DNA of 63,196 bases, filler included, from Asterionella formosa (GCA_002256025.1; 2 parts of 2 records of this genome joined end to end with filler, not necessarily neighbours in it), one strand, 5' to 3'; shown: positions 12,801 to 27,830, numbered from the whole stretch's first letter. Program-made: numbers and translations. Notes: generated by a model from the sequence alone, not told the origin.

Positions 12801-15800
12801 CCGAGAGGAACACAGAAAGCAAGGAGAGACACTATCCACAATTGCAAAAGCTGTATTTTCTCCCTCGAAGTTTACGGAGGGTGAGTCAAAGTCCTCAGGC
12901 GAAGACTTAAGTAATGCGATGGTCGTCACATCCGAAATGGAAACATGCATAGAATCCGAATTGACTAGTGTAAGCAAGGGCGACGAGCTCGACGCTTCTG
13001 AACCTTTTTCTATTCCTCCTTACTCCCCTCTCATTCCAACTGATTTAATTACTGAGACGATGGTTATTTGCCTTGATATACTCGGAAACGAGGGGAAGTG
13101 CGACGCTGCTGTAAACATCCCTCCACCGGGAATCGTGCACGCTACGCTTCTTCTACTGACGCGACTAGTTCGTTCACCCCTCGTCGCATCCCACTGCCTG
13201 AAGCTTGGGGCCGTAGATCTTGTTCTTTCCCTTCCACGTTCTTCGCGATTTATCGGAAATGTCGGAATCACCACTACATTCTTCAGGCGGCTGATTGAAG
13301 ACGAAGCTACGCTTCAGACATCAATGGAAACCGAAATAAGAAGTTCTCTCGCGAAGAAAACTGACAAATTCTCCTCACTTCCGCTTTTCATTCAATCGGT
13401 TACGCCTCTCATTTGCAGAGACGCCATATCATTTATTAAGGCTGTGGCAGTGACAGTTAGTATTGATACATCATCAAAATCTGATTCGAACAAGGGCATC
13501 GTTTCTCTCTTGAATGCAGAACAGCGATCACAGAAAGCGAAATCGTTGGCTGAGAGCTTGCAGCGACTTAGAGCCACGGAGACAAAATTGAAGCAAGATA
13601 CAACAAATCTGGTGAGATCTTCAGAAAAGAAAGGCGTAGCAAACAGACGCAGGAGCTCATCTGGGAAATCAACATGGGGAAAGGTTCCACATCAGCGTTC
13701 CAGCGTCAGGGCCGGCCTTGTCTTGAAGAGATCAAGGAAATTCAAATGCAACATCAATGCATCACCAAGACGAGTTCCTGATACTGTTGGAACACCGTCA
13801 AACCAAGTCATATCGATGCTCGTTGGGAAGGTACTCGATCTATGCTCATCAGCTGGAGATGCTGTAGACTCATTTCTCGGGGAGAATACTTCATTCCTCT
13901 GGGCTGCCGACTTAGTTGAAGTATTAGCTGATTTGGTATTAGCAATTCCTGCTTGCGCCGCTGCAATTCATCGTTTCCGAACAGTCGATCTTCGTTCTAC
14001 ATCCACCGAACATCTCAATCTTCATCATGGTCTCTCAGGGTGTCCTTCTCCACCAAGAACATTTGTCAACTTTTTGCTTCATCAACTGCTTCCACAAGAT
14101 CGTTGGAGTTTTGGAAACGATCATGATATATGGGACAGACGCAACCGATTCGACGACGAAGTGCTGCAAACGAAAAACAAAAATTTCTACATCAAGACTA
14201 AAGCCGCACAAGCAACTGCAAGACTACTTGTCGCTCTTGTTGCTCGAGCAGGCGAAGGTAGAAGGCGGGTAATCACTGATCTTTCGTTTGCCCTTAGTGG
14301 GGGTTCACTTGGGCCTCTAGAGAACGACGTTATCGAAGACAATACAGTCTTGGCGTTGTCTACATGGTCAGCAGACTCGGAGAACCGCGCGCTTCAGGCG
14401 TGGGGTGATATTTGCATCGGATTGGCCGCACCTCGTAGCAACGGGGTGAACCTTGACAACATCGCTTCTCTCAGCTATGAAGTAATCAAGCTTATGTTAG
14501 ATTGTGGAATGTGCCATGCGTTACTCTGTGCACTCCAGCGGGTTCAATTGCAGCACCCGATGGCAGCCCAAGTCTGTGCATCATTATTGATACCATTAGA
14601 AGTTTTTACGAGATCGCTGGTAACAGACCAGGTACTAGCAATTGCAGATAAAGAGGTCTCCAATAAAGAAAGAAACGAGAAGGAGGACGAACAGGACGGC
14701 GAAAATAAGAAAGAGAAGAAGAGGAAGGCCAACCGCGTTTCATTTGGTCCATCTCAAAGAAGCGAAACTGCTTTTGCGGATGACGCCATGCTAGAAGCTG
14801 GTTTTGATGCAGATGCAGGAAGGAACGGAGCCAGCGACTTCGACAACGAATACTACGAAAGTAGTATCGACCTAGAAGCGAATGAAGAAGACAACGACAT
14901 GATTATAGACGAAGACCTTATGGAAGAAGCAGAAAATGCAGACGAAACGTCGGACGACGACTTACAAGAGGGATCAGACATCGACGACGAATCTGACATG
15001 GATTCATCAGAAGGTAGGTAATTTTTGTGTTCACTGATGCAAATAGACATGTGAACTGCTGTTTAAACATAATCTCATCCCGCAATCTTATCAGATTCCG
15101 AGGAAGATGAAGAAAGCAGCTCAGATCCTTCTGACGACGTAGAAAGCATTGGAGAAGACGACGATTCTGACGATGACGGCGACGATGAGGAAGAGGATGA
15201 TGGTTGGGGTATGGTAGAAGAAGACGAAGTTGCACCTGGCGAGGACTTCTTTGATGACGAAATCCACGAGGAAACAGGACTTCGGCTCCATTCTCACCTC
15301 AATCAGCTCGACGGTGATGCGGACGAAGGATGGACGAGAGTTGATGCTTCGTCTGCCCTGGGTGGAATGCGCTTAGCTGCACGACGACATGCAATGCGAG
15401 CTGGTCTGCAAAACCGTGGCCGAGGCTTCATGATGGATACTGCTGAGGCAATGATTGGAGCACTATTGAGAACTGGAAGCATCGAAAGTGATGCGTTGGC
15501 CGAAATTGAAGGTAGCCTTGGGATTCGCATAATGAATCGTGGATCTGACATGTTTCGAGAAGACCGTGGTATGTGGACACCAACTGAAGCTGGTCGCTCC
15601 TATGGAGGTGGTGCATCCCCTGCAGAGCGAAGAGGCGGCGAAGTTTTGGGCACCGTACCGCATGTAAACCAACGTAGTCCTCCAGATATTGGCTACTCAG
15701 CGCTCGGCGGTAGCAGAAGCCGGTGGAGCGAACTCAGCTCCTTGGAGTATGTCTATGGTGGTCCATCTGTTGCAACTGGGAACAGAAATTATGATACTGT

Positions 15801-18800
15801 CTCCGGAGCAGCAAGGGACGAATCAATAGAAGTCTATCCAACGCCGTCTGCAGTTAATTCTCAGCTCTTTCCAGGAGGACCCGCTGCTTCGACTCATTCA
15901 CGCCCTCAGCAGGCACTGCACCCCTTGCTTTGTGGCATAGAACTTCCACCTGTTAACGCTATGATCTCGGACTTGCTTCCACATGGTTATCGATCGTCGC
16001 ATCGTAGTCAGATAAATTCTCGGAGACCCGGAGAATGGGGGTCGTGGTCCATGTCATCTCAAGGCAATCTGATTTCGACATTGAATGGCAATCTATTGCG
16101 ACTAAATCGAGGATTCCTTGACCCCACTGATTTGCCACCATCACGGCCATTGAATAGCCGCCTCGTTGGTTGGACTGATGACGGTCTTCCATTGGATGCA
16201 ACACTCGGTGATTTCTGTACTGCATTTGAACGTGCTCTAGGTGTGACAACATCTGTTCACGAGAGCGACATAGAGCAGGAACACGAAGGCATACCCGATG
16301 GCGACAATGGAGGCGATCGTCCTGTTATTTCTGCAACCACAGACCCCACCAGTATTGAGAACAACACGCTCGATTCTATCGAAAGGGAGAGAAATGCACT
16401 CTTACTACATGGTCAAGGCCTGCACGCCACACAGGCGGTTACATTAGCGACAGCAAACGGAAATAGTATTGGAGTTCACGGAAATACTGCCAGCGACAGT
16501 GGTATGTTTGCTTCCTCGCTGGCTGCTGGACTTCGCCTTTCTCCACCACGAGACGAGAGTCCAAGCTCTGAATTAGTATCTGTTTCAGGTCCAGCAGACC
16601 CAGAGCAATCTGGTCAAAACCCCAGCACATCTAATCAAAGTAATGAGGAAGGGATTGATACCATATACTTACCTGAAAACGAGGAAAGACAAGAAGCAGG
16701 TCCCGAAGCTGAAGCCGTCACTGACGTCGAAGGCACAATTCTATCTGTTAATCATGCAACGGTAGCAGGGATGGACAGCCAAGAGCATGATAGCAATTTT
16801 TATCATTTAGCTCGCAATTTACCCAATGCATATGGGTTAGTGTGTCCTCCAGGAATGGATTTGGAAGTTTTCGATTGCCTACCAGTTGATATGCAGCGAG
16901 AAGTCATCAGCCATCACCAAACAACAGTGGACGTGGCAGCTCAGCTCGATTCCACATCAGGATTAGACCCAGAAATACTAGCTGCTTTACCCGAAGAAAT
17001 GCGCCGGGAGATAATCGCCCATGAGCAACATGAACGGCAAATGCAAGCTCCTGCCGATCCTTCCAATGCCGAAGACATGGACAATGCAAATTTCCTCGCC
17101 TCTCTAAATTCGGATCTCCGAGAAGACATTTTGCTAACGGCTGACGAAGCATTTTTGAACAGCCTACCACCCAACATTCTTGCTGAAGCGCAAGTACTGC
17201 GGGAGAGGGCATCTATTCGCAGACAAGCTGGTCAAGTTGGAACAGCATTCGATCACGTGCCCCCTCAACGTGATGGGATCAGCGAGGTTCATTCATCAGC
17301 TCCTCGCCGCGCTCCCGAAGCCCTGTTGAACACAGCTGCATCATCAAATGCGTCGCGCAAGAAAAATCGGCCAGGAAATATTAAAGTGGATCTCAATCGG
17401 GAGCAAATTATATACACACCAAAGATGGAACCAAAATCCCTTGTCATGCCTTTCGGGGCAGTGCAACTAAGATCGCTTCTTCAGCTCATGTTTCTCCTGT
17501 CGCCTGTCCGCCCACAAAGGCTGCTTCAGAAGCTGTTTCATAATCTTTGTGCGAACTCCGTTCTCCGAGGAGTGCTGGCTAAGTCATTCACGAAACTTCT
17601 CAATGACGACGGGCCAGGAGTATTGTTCGTCCTTTCTACTCTAGATGGGTCCCTTCTGACTGAAATAGATCGTGTTGATTTCCCGCCACACTCATTAATT
17701 GGGGCTGCACCAGAGGTTCTTGAAAGCAGTATGGACCCTGATATGACCATGTCCTACCGCAGGCAACTTGGCAGTGCAGCAACATCAATAGCAGCCAACC
17801 TCCCAGCAAGTGCTCGTGGGTCATCCAACGGCCATCACATCCCGCTAGTCGTTTCTACTCGAGTAATCGACACCCTATCCTACCTAGGAAAGAATTCAGC
17901 AAGGTTCTGTCTCAATACACTGACCAATGATATAATGGAATATCAAGATGCAAGCAGTTTAAACAAGGTTGATACTTGCTTCGAAGAGATGTTAGATCTG
18001 TTGAGCTTACTGCGTTACACCACGAGCTCTACCAATCTGGAGCAGCTCCTTGCAATGCTAGAGATATTTGTTGCTCCTCTCTCCTCACTGCCACGGACAG
18101 GCGAACAGGATTACAAACTGTCTGATAGGGATTTTGACTCTGCTGCTGGGTCTGGAAAAGAATGGGTGACTGTGCCGAGAATTATTGTTTCACCACTGAG
18201 ACTTAAGCTTCTCTGTTCCATTTTGAAAATGGAAAGCTGCCGTGATTCAGGATTTTCAAAAGTGAATGCAATTGCAAAGCGGCTCTGCAACATAGAAGCA
18301 AACCGTGGATGTATCCTTTCGGAATTGGCGTCGGTCGCTCAAGCTCTTGGCGAGGACGCTATCCGCGATCTCTGCACATTGAGCATTCGAATGAGCGAGG
18401 CAGCATCCATGAAAAGGGAGCAGCGTGGCGACACTAGTGGGGGAGGGGAGGAATTGGACGCACAATCAGTTGAACTGAAGTATATTGCTGACAATTCCTC
18501 TAGCTCGGTTACTCTATCGACAAGCAGCAGCGAGTTGAAGCTCCTTCGAGTTTTGCAGACGCTTCAATCGCTATGTGGCGAAAACTCTCAGGACGAACAA
18601 AATGGTAGTAAGGCAGACACAAGCATTTATGTCACTAATGAACTGATTGCAATATTGAAGAACATACACCTCGAAAAGCTTTGGGAACAACTAAGTTCCT
18701 GTCTCAACGCAGTGAAAGTTTTGGAAGGCATCTCAAGTGAAGAAATAGATGAGAAGAATCCTGAAAGTGACCAAAACGTTGACGATGCCAATGATGGGCA

Positions 18801-20334
18801 GATTGATGATGGTAGCAACACCAATATAGGGAACACTGGGAAGAAATTGCAGAACAGTGTCGCGGGCCTCTTGACAAGATTCCTTCCTTCCATTGAAGCG
18901 TTTTTCGTTGTAAACGCTAGCGCGACCAGGACCGACCCTGCCAATGATGAGAACAAAACAATGGACACGACCGAAGGAGGCAGCATAGTTAACGAAACCG
19001 AAACGTCGGCCGACTTACAGAATTCTGAGACGGGGATCAGTTCACTCGTTGGCGGGAAACAAGTTATCGACTTTGTCTCCGAAAACAGAATATTGTTGAA
19101 CGCTTTGATTCGAAACAATGCAGGACTTCTTGATAAGGGGCTCAGATCAATGGTCCAAGTATCGCGATTAAGGGGTTTCCTTGATTTCGATGTGAAGCGC
19201 CAGTGGTTCAAGTCACAAATCCGTCGCCTTAGACAACATGCAAGCCGTCGCCATGGTAGCCTTCGACTTGTTATTCGTCGGAAGAACGTTTTCGAAGAAG
19301 CATATCAACAGCTGCGATTAAGAAACGAAGATGAGATGCGAAGCAGACTACACATCACTTTCAGAAATGAAGAGGGGGTGGATGCTGGTGGATTATCCCG
19401 TGAGTTCTTTGGAATTCTGGCCAAGGAAATGTTTAATCCGAATTATGCTCTTTTCACGTCCACTGAAGATGGCTGTACATTTCAACCAAACCAGCATAGC
19501 AGTATCAACCCCGACCATCTCAGCTACTTTCGCTTTGTTGGCCGAATCGTTGGGAAAGCATTGGCTGATGGCTTCTTACTTGATGCTCATTTTACAAGAA
19601 GCCTGTACAAACACATGCTTGGTATCAAGCCCACTCACCATGATATGGAGGCAATTGATCCAGACTACTACAAGAATCTGCAGACACTCCTTGAATACAA
19701 ACTGACTGACCTAGGTCTGGAGTTGAATTTCTCTATTGAAGACCACTCTTTTGGACGAAACCAAATTGTTGATCTTATTCCCAATGGGCGAAATATTCAT
19801 GTCACAGATGAGTCGAAAACCAAGTATGTCAGTTTGGTTTGCCAGCATAGAATGACCCATTCAATTCAAAGCCAAATACGGGCCTACTTAGATGGCTTTT
19901 ACGAGCTTGTTAGCCCTGATCTGATCGCAATATTCACTCCAAGGGAACTAGAATTGATGATCTCTGGGCTGCCCAACATCGATATCCTCGATCTGAAGCA
20001 AAACACTGATTATCAAGGCTGGAAAGCAACCGACAAAGAAATCGAGTGGTTTTGGAATATCATGGTCTCACTTTCACGAAGCCAAAAAGCTGCATTTTTG
20101 CAGTTTGTAACAGGCAGCTCCAAGGTTCCTTTGACTGGCTTTTCCGAGCTTCAGGGAATGCGAGGTATACAAAAATTCAATATCCACAAGGTCGAAGGAT
20201 CAAGCGGCGCATTAATGTCGGCCCATACTTGCTTCAACTCATTGGATCTACCTACCTACAAAAGTGAGGAAGAAATGAAAGGGAAACTCCTGTATGCGAT
20301 CAGTGAAGGCCAAGGAGCTTTCATGTTCGCATAA
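6860..20334 (+). CDS. HUWE1: Giant HECT E3 ubiquitin ligase (HUWE1/Tom1/UPL1 type), ~4439 aa
   Basis: Exons 6860-7057, 7132-15013 and 15095-20334 join in frame over GT-AG introns. Armadillo-like N-terminus, UBA (LTEMGFSREHA), UBM repeats (LDPEILAALPEEMRREI), C-terminal HECT (EEGVDAGGLSREFF, FLQFVTGSSKVP, SAHTCFNSLDLP). Confidence 0.95.
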
Positions 20335-20457
20335 ACTATCAACCACGATAATTTAAAACAGAAACTGCATGGACCACCAGTAATATTTAATTATCATTAC
20401 ATATTAGTAAACGTCAAGCTGTTGGCTTGTCCCTATTGCATATCTTTCTTGCAATAC

Positions 20458-21727
20458 CTACGAATGCTTTACGCGCTGCTGCTTGGACTCAGTTTTCTTA
20501 AATTTCCCGCTTGACATACCGCCTCCACCGAAACCAGCGCCAGCAGGCTTCTGTTTAAGAATAGGAAAGGCTTTGATTGACTTGTGCTGATACTCAGCCT
20601 CCAACCGTTCGTCAGGGTTAGGGCTCACCAGCTCGGGTAGTTCAAGGCAGTCAAACGTGAACTGCAATGCTTGCTGCTCCACTTCAGTCAGTAAAGGGTG
20701 CCACATGCGTATCATAAGTATGTATCTCGTTTTGTCACTTTCATTTATGGCATCGTGCATTATACTTGTATCAAACATCATAACTACATTTGCATACATT
20801 AGCAGACTACAAGAACGAGGAGATGATATCGAAAATAAATCTTACCTTCTCCATTGATCCATTGCCTTGTGTCATCACCAACAGTCAACCTGCATTTGTT
20901 GCTTCCATTATCCGGAATATCAATCGCCAGATGAGAAGTCAATACGAAGTTAGTGAAGTCCGAATGCATCTTGATATTGGTCTGAGGTTGCATACTGGCG
21001 AAGAAGACTTCCGCAGCAGGCACCCCACAATCCCTGACGGCGGTAGCTGTCTTTGGAAATAGATTGACGTTGATTGGATCCCAAGTACCTCGGTTCATCA
21101 AGACCAAAGTCCTCCAGCCAGCTCCGTACGATGATGCATCCTCTGTCAACGCACTCGCCCATATATTGTTTCCCTCTTCTTCTAGTCGTTTCATATCAGC
21201 CGTAACCTACCGTACCAGGAAACACAAAAAAGTTTTGAGATACTAATGTACGCAGCATATTCTGCCCCATCTGAGCCTTCCAGTTTACTTACTTGGGTGA
21301 ATTCTTTCTTGATTTCCTTGTATTTAGATTTCAGTTTACTAACCCATTCAAAGGTTTCGACATCCCAGAAAGTCTTGGCAGGAAGACCAGGAACGAAGGA
21401 ATGACACAGCTGGTGGCAATTACTCTCTTCGCTGTTGGCAATTGGAGGTAATTGTTGACTCCCGACGAATTCGCGGTGTTCGTAACCTTGATCCAGTAAA
21501 CGCCACGATTCCACGACGCGCTGCGCCTCTGGACCGAATCGGTCCAAGATTGCTTGCTCCACAAGACCAGCAAAAGTATAGGGAGGGAGAGCCGATGTGC
21601 ATGGAAGGGTACTACCAGTACTCGAGAATCGAAGGCTTTGCAATCTCGATGCTTTCTGTCGGATGGAAAAGCTGTCGACGTGTGACAGGTACGACAGCAG
21701 AAGGGCAGCGCTGATGGTAAGCTTCAT
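20458..21727 (-). CDS. Aspartyl/asparaginyl beta-hydroxylase-family 2OG-Fe(II) dioxygenase, probably plastid-targeted
   Basis: Exons 21727-21293, 21206-20846 and 20783-20458 join in frame. HxD (MHSD) and FDTSIMH motifs; signal peptide followed by DS|F and a transit-like segment. Confidence 0.85.
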
Positions 21728-22267
21728 GATTGCCTTGGCTGAAGAACGCAAACGCAGCAATGAAGACGAAATATTTGAACTGCTCCGGTATACCGGTATG
21801 TCAATGATTTCTGTATTAACTCGTCTTCAGCTTCAGATGATGGTCGTTTTCCGAACCGATCTGTCTCGATCAGATCGAGAGATTAGAATCTCGAAAATTT
21901 TCAACAGATGAAAGAATATACCGCTATAGCGGTATGAATTTTTTCATTATACCGGTGTATGATTTTTATACTGTATGTATGTAGCACACCGACAACGCGG
22001 TAGACTACCTGGTACCAGGTACCATATCTCTCTTCACGGTATGATGTGCATACCGGTGCATTACCCATATTATTTCATCTTTTGCTTTCTTGCACGCGTC
22101 ATACTCTCGCTGGATCGATCTAACACTATCGCACATGCTGAAGGCAATACACGCCCGAGGTGGTCTCATGCCTGCGCGTACACATGTGTACGAGAAGGCA
22201 TGTAGCCACCAAGAAGGGTATTGCTGAGGCAATTCACAAACTAGCTATCATTGCACCATTTGCTTTC

Positions 22268-25200
22268 TTACTGCCCACTCATCAACAAGTATAGTGACCT
22301 CACAATGATGGCAATCTTTCCTGTGTCTTCGCCAAATTCTGGCCCATTCACGCAATAGACTTTTTCCTCAGTTGACGCATTCAAGTATGCATTCCCAATA
22401 TCTACCATCTTAATGTCCAGGTCGTTTAGGGCTACAACAAGAAATACTATTCGGACACTGTCACGTGATACCACTGATGATTAAGTCAAAGAATTGTGCG
22501 GGTTGATGCGATGTCCCCCTGCTACCAATCGTGCCTTCCTAGTGAAGTCCATTTTTATGTCGAAGATCATTCTCATTGGTATTAACTTGTGTCCAATAGA
22601 TGGGGCACTCACTTTGTCCCTTTTCTTTCAATTCAAAAGCCACCCTTACATTTGTCATTTCTTTCATAATGGCATCATGCCAAAGTGTATTTCCGCTTAT
22701 TCTATCAAGCTCGATTGCCTCTGATACATTATCAGGTACACGTAAGCCGAATTTGTATCCAGTGCGGACTGCTCACTTCATCTGGGATAATTTGATCAGG
22801 CGCTTTTGTTTGTGTAGGATGTCATGCACCCACTAATTGAAAGCCGGTTCTGTATCAATTCGGTTGGAAATTGCATAGTTGGCCACTTCTACTGGATTTG
22901 TCTCTTTGATCTCTTTGAGGGGTAGCCATGAAGTAGTACCATCCTTCCATTCCACCTCTAAGTTCCATCCAGTGGTTGTTTTCTTCCCATAGTGGGTGCG
23001 GAATTGATCTACTTTATCTACCGCTTTTGTGTTTTTTCGATGGTTTATAATGGCAACAAAGTATCTATATTGTTTTCCCTCAGAATCAACTTGTGAGTAC
23101 AAATGTTCTGCCAGGATGTTGAAAGCGACATCTTGTTGATCACCATCTGGAAACTCTACTGTGAATATTTGTGAGTCCAGAATGGGATTGTCATGTTTTC
23201 TTCCAATATACAGCCCGTCCGAGTTTCGTTTTTGTCCCAAAACCCTTGCTATCTCATTCTGATCTCCATGGGGAAGGTAAATCTTTGCGTTAATGAATTC
23301 TTCTGGGACCGATATGACCGCTGCATTCTGTATTTTGTCATCATGTGCTTCTTCATCATCCATATCATTTGAGTACATAGGGTCCACCATATCGTCAAGG
23401 GGAGCATTGTGAACAAGGTTTTCATCAAATGCTGAGTATAGTTCGGTGTTAGCATGATCAAATGCTCTTCTCATGTCTGTTTCAATGGGGTCAAGGAGCT
23501 TGCCTTTGGTTAGTGTCCTGATGGTGGATCGGGCGATTACCTTGCCATTCTGCTTAAGGACATAATATCACATGGCTTGTCCTTTGTTTTGTGCCACATC
23601 TAACCAACGCCCCAGATCATTTTCTGTGCCGCCGCCTTTCACATCATGGTATTTAACCCATCCATAGAAATCAAAGTTGATATACTCAGATATGTCAGGG
23701 GTCTCTCCTGTCATGGATTCAAGGGGAGTTCGATTTTCAACCATAGGGTGGGACATACTTTCTCTAATTTGAGATGTATATTCCATTCCATAATCCCAGA
23801 ATCGCTCAGGACAACGGGATCGGTGCATAATACGACGGAAATGTTGCTTCAATTCTTGAATTTCCCGTTCTGCACGATTTTGCCATGGAGAATGTGGTTC
23901 TGTTGTCCTTTGTTGGAATAAGTATTTTTTCCATGACGGTCCCATTCACCCCTAGTTTCTTCACCTGTGTTGTCAGAAACCATGAACTTTGGAATACCAA
24001 TGGTAGAACAGGAAGAGTCTAGCTTGTCAAAGGCCTGGCCTTTGCTGGACATGGTGGGGTAAATCTTGGCATGGCCATTCCCAGATACAAAGAGTTGAGC
24101 GCATGTATTGCCCCGGACACTAGTAACATCATTAAATAAGGTGTCAGTGTATACTGGAGTCCTGAAGTGTTTATGACTCATATGTGCTTGTCTTGTATGG
24201 AAAAGTCGGGTGATTTCATTGTCAGTATATCAAAAACAACATTGAGTTGAGCTTTGGAGTGTTTTATCTGCTACCTCCAGGCTCGTCCCCCATCGACATG
24301 CTAAGTTGACAGGGTCGATAAGGGAGCGTCGATCTAAGCTGGAGGTGTGGCATAGGAAACGGGTTTTGGCTGGTGGTTCATATGCATTGTTAAGCATATT
24401 GTAACTGGGTTGAGAAGTCACAGTGGCTGAGATGCAGAAAGGCCATTCCTGTTGTTGAAATCGAGTGTCACATGGTCGCCATTCTTCATGAGCGCTGGTT
24501 AATTCAATCCTACAACATGAAGAAAGTTCTTGTTCTGTGGGGAGTCGGATTGGGAAGTAGGAGATGCAACCATGAAGAGAGAAGGGAATTGTCGTATTAC
24601 TTGCTTCATCGTAAATTCCGTGTATCAAATGAGGTGAATATTGTTTTGAGAGTGGATCGCATTGTATCCCATTATCGCAGACCTGTTGTGGTGATATAGG
24701 GGAAGTCTCCATGGCTTGGCCAAAGTATAAGGCCTCATGGAAGACCAGAATGATAGTGCCATCATTATCAGTGTCATATGCAGTGGCCACTGTTGCTATG
24801 GGGATGCCACAGAGTGATCCAAGGTCACTGTGACAACCTCCAACACCAGCCACTTGATAAGTGTATGAAATGAGTTTGAAACCTTGTCCAGCGCAGATGG
24901 TATCGGCTCGAGTATCAATTTCTGCCCAGAACCGACCGTGATAATCGTGGGGGTCCTGAATTTTAGATGCTTTGCCAGCATAACGAGTGGATGTGGTGGT
25001 GGAACCCATATTATGGTTGTTGCGGTGCCCAAATTGTTGTGATGTGTTTGATATGGTGGCAGGTGGTTAACCCGTGCTGGGTACCAGTAAAAAACTGCAG
25101 TGACCCACTAAAAAATGGAACCGCTGTGACCCACTGAACAGGAGAAAAACACGGTTTGACCCTACCAAATGCAGATTTGTTAATTTTAAAACTTCGACCC

Positions 25201-27830
25201 TAATCTTGAGCATGTACGATTTGAGGCTATGTCATTAGATATAAGTTTATAGCAATTGGTTTTTCCTAAAATATCGGTTGAAAAGTGCGATCGACGAAAA
25301 TATTGCCAGAACACGGATTAACCCATGTTTTCAGGATTCATTGTTATATGATATACGCAGCTGGATATTAAAATATCGCCTTCGATTTATTTGTTGTATG
25401 ATTCCTGTCATATCCTTATCCCTGTCACTTGATAGTGCCTAAGTAACTTGAGCATCATAAACTTGCGCCCTTTCACCCATACACTTGAAAAGAAATGTGT
25501 ACATACCAGTATACAACTTTTAGCTCATAATATGCATCCAAACAATGGCAAAAAAGAAATCGACTGTGCCTTTGGGCAAGGCGGTTCAGTCTTTTAGCAG
25601 CACAAACAGCACAAACAAAGCGAGGATGATTGAACATTGCCTATTGAACATTTCTACAAATATGGAAGTGTTGAAAGCGAACAATAATGGAAATCTACCA
25701 TATGGCGCAATTTCTCGTGTTGTGCACGATATACAAGAACTTGTCCCATGGGTGACAACACAGAAAGTGAAATACTTTCTAAGGAAATTGAGGTTATCTG
25801 GTGGCACCAGTACCAGCATGGACAAACAGCCTGTTGAGGAGGATGTGCGTGAAGAATCACAAGAAAGCGTAATATATATGCTGACAATGGAAGGTGTAGA
25901 AAATTACAGCTATAGCAGGAAAAATCATCATCATTCTTCCATTACTACTATGATTATGTCCGCAAGTTCTAGTTTGCCTCCTGCCAGCACTACTACTGCA
26001 TCAACTGAAATCAGCAGCACCATTTCTGCCACTACAACCCTGCCCTACTATGGTGGTCGTCCAAAGGGAACAACCGCAGTAGCCAGCTCCATCATGGCAG
26101 AAAAATTGAAAGAATGTATTTCCAATTCGGCAGCAGAATAAATGAGGGCAAGAGAAGAGGAAAAAGAAAAAGGAGGAGGAGGAGAATCACGAGAGAAGAG
26201 AAATACACTTACCTGTATAATACTGAGAGAAAAGGAGGCGCTTGCTTGGCATTCCTCCTGCTGTCAATATTAATTTCGAAACAGTTAGAACACGTGCAAA
26301 AGAAAAAACAATCAAGGAACAAACACAGCTTGCATCTCACCTATGCTTGAAGTGGAACCTTATATTGTGGAGCTCATTGATCAGTTGGGTGAAATGCGTT
26401 CGCCCATCACATGCCGAGAGGGACTGCATCTTGCAAATTCACTTATTGGGAAAAAAGTTTTGCGAGATTACGCACAAACAAAAAAGCGGTAGCAGAGCGA
26501 GGATGGGTACCTTTGAACTATAATTGTTTGTTGAATCCTGAAATACAGCTGACGAAATTTGGTGTTGTCCCATTAAATAGAATCTCACACAGCAACAGAA
26601 CCTCTATTACACCTGACCAGCTCAACCTGCAAGAAGGACTTTCAGGAACTCTTACAAAATCAAATCGTTGAATACATAAACAGATGTGCGAAATGGTAAT
26701 GATGCAGCAGAACATGCCAGGAAAAGAAAGCAAACAGCACAAGCAGCAACCGACACACACAAACGAATGACCGCAGGACCGCACTTTGCTGTTGGAAACA
26801 CTTGTCTAGGACCACCGCTTTTTGAGCATATGCTGGAAATCAAACGCCGGCATGAAATCCAGGGACAAAACAAGGAGCAGAAATTGAATCAACGGTTTTT
26901 TGAATGGTCACAAAAGGTACAGGCCATCAGAGAGATTAGAAAGGAAGCTGGAAGCTACAACATAGCTGAACTGAATACAATGATGACATGGTACAAGCGC
27001 AACGGCGATGCGCCGCTTCCAATAACCAGACAGAACTTGTTGGCAAGATACTTGGTGACTTGTTGCCGTGGAGAAAAAGATTCTCCATATCCAATTCAGC
27101 CTCTTGATGTTGTGCTTGTTGGAGGGCAGGAGCTTAGTAGGGATGAGGGCGATATTGCAGTGGTGTTGATAGGCGCAAGCATTTAATGTGGCTGAATGCA
27201 TTTGTGTGTGATTGTGATATAAATAATGGATGCGAAAATTCATAAAAATAATTTGGCGAAAACCAAACAGGGTAATCCGTGATCATAATGGTATATAAAT
27301 TTCTATACAATTATAGATAAAAATTAAGTACTGCTGTGACCCATTACCGGCAAATTTTGTCCACATAAAAGGGTTCGTATCTCAGTACCTCGACTTTCAA
27401 TGAGAATACCGACAGATCCACAACCTGCTGACTCTTTTGGTCAACAAGACCTGGAAGTTTGATTCTCGCTTGGCATGGAATAGGTTTAGTCGAACTAATC
27501 AAACGAATAGGAGAACTCAGTGGGTCCCAGCAGTTCTTTACTGGTACCGGGTTTGTTGGAGATGGGACAGTAGCGATGGTACTAGTAGACACAGATTGGG
27601 TGTACACAGTCGAGGCGTTGCGGTTGTTGGTATTTCCCAGGCTTTCTTGATGCCGGAGTGTATCGCGTCCTTGTAACATAAAATGTCTTTGTCGGGGTGT
27701 CAAGGACTCTAGGACCTTGGTAGGGATGTAATCAGAATGTGACTGTGTGCGGCCACTGCTGCCACGGAAATCATGCTGAAAGCATGGAAAACCGCATTGA
27801 CGATGATGTCCTCTGCACGGTAAGTTTGAT
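22268..27830 (-). mobile_element. Degenerate Ty1/copia (CoDi-like) LTR retrotransposon internal region, 3' truncated and interrupted
   Basis: Frameshifted PR (AEIDTRADTICAG), IN (VYTDTLF, VSDN, TEPHSPWQNRAE), chromo-like (LEVEWKDGTTSWLPL) and RT (KARLVAGGH, VVSRDSVRI, DIGNAYLNA) in copia order. No RNase H or LTRs recognised; the upstream boundary is approximate. Confidence 0.92.
25084..27544 (+). mobile_element. Defective Tc1/mariner-pogo-like DNA transposon
   Basis: 26-bp TIRs with 23/26 match (CCAGTAAAAAACTGCAGTGACCCACT / CCAGTAAAGAACTGCTGGGACCCACT) and TA TSD. Broken transposase-like ORFs at 25545-27186 (GGRPKG, AVAERGWVPLNYNCLLNPEI); no recognisable DDE core. Confidence 0.85.

Noticed and set aside
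7247..20267. Many short ORFs overlapping the HECT gene
   Set aside because: Alternate-frame or antisense shadows with no motifs.
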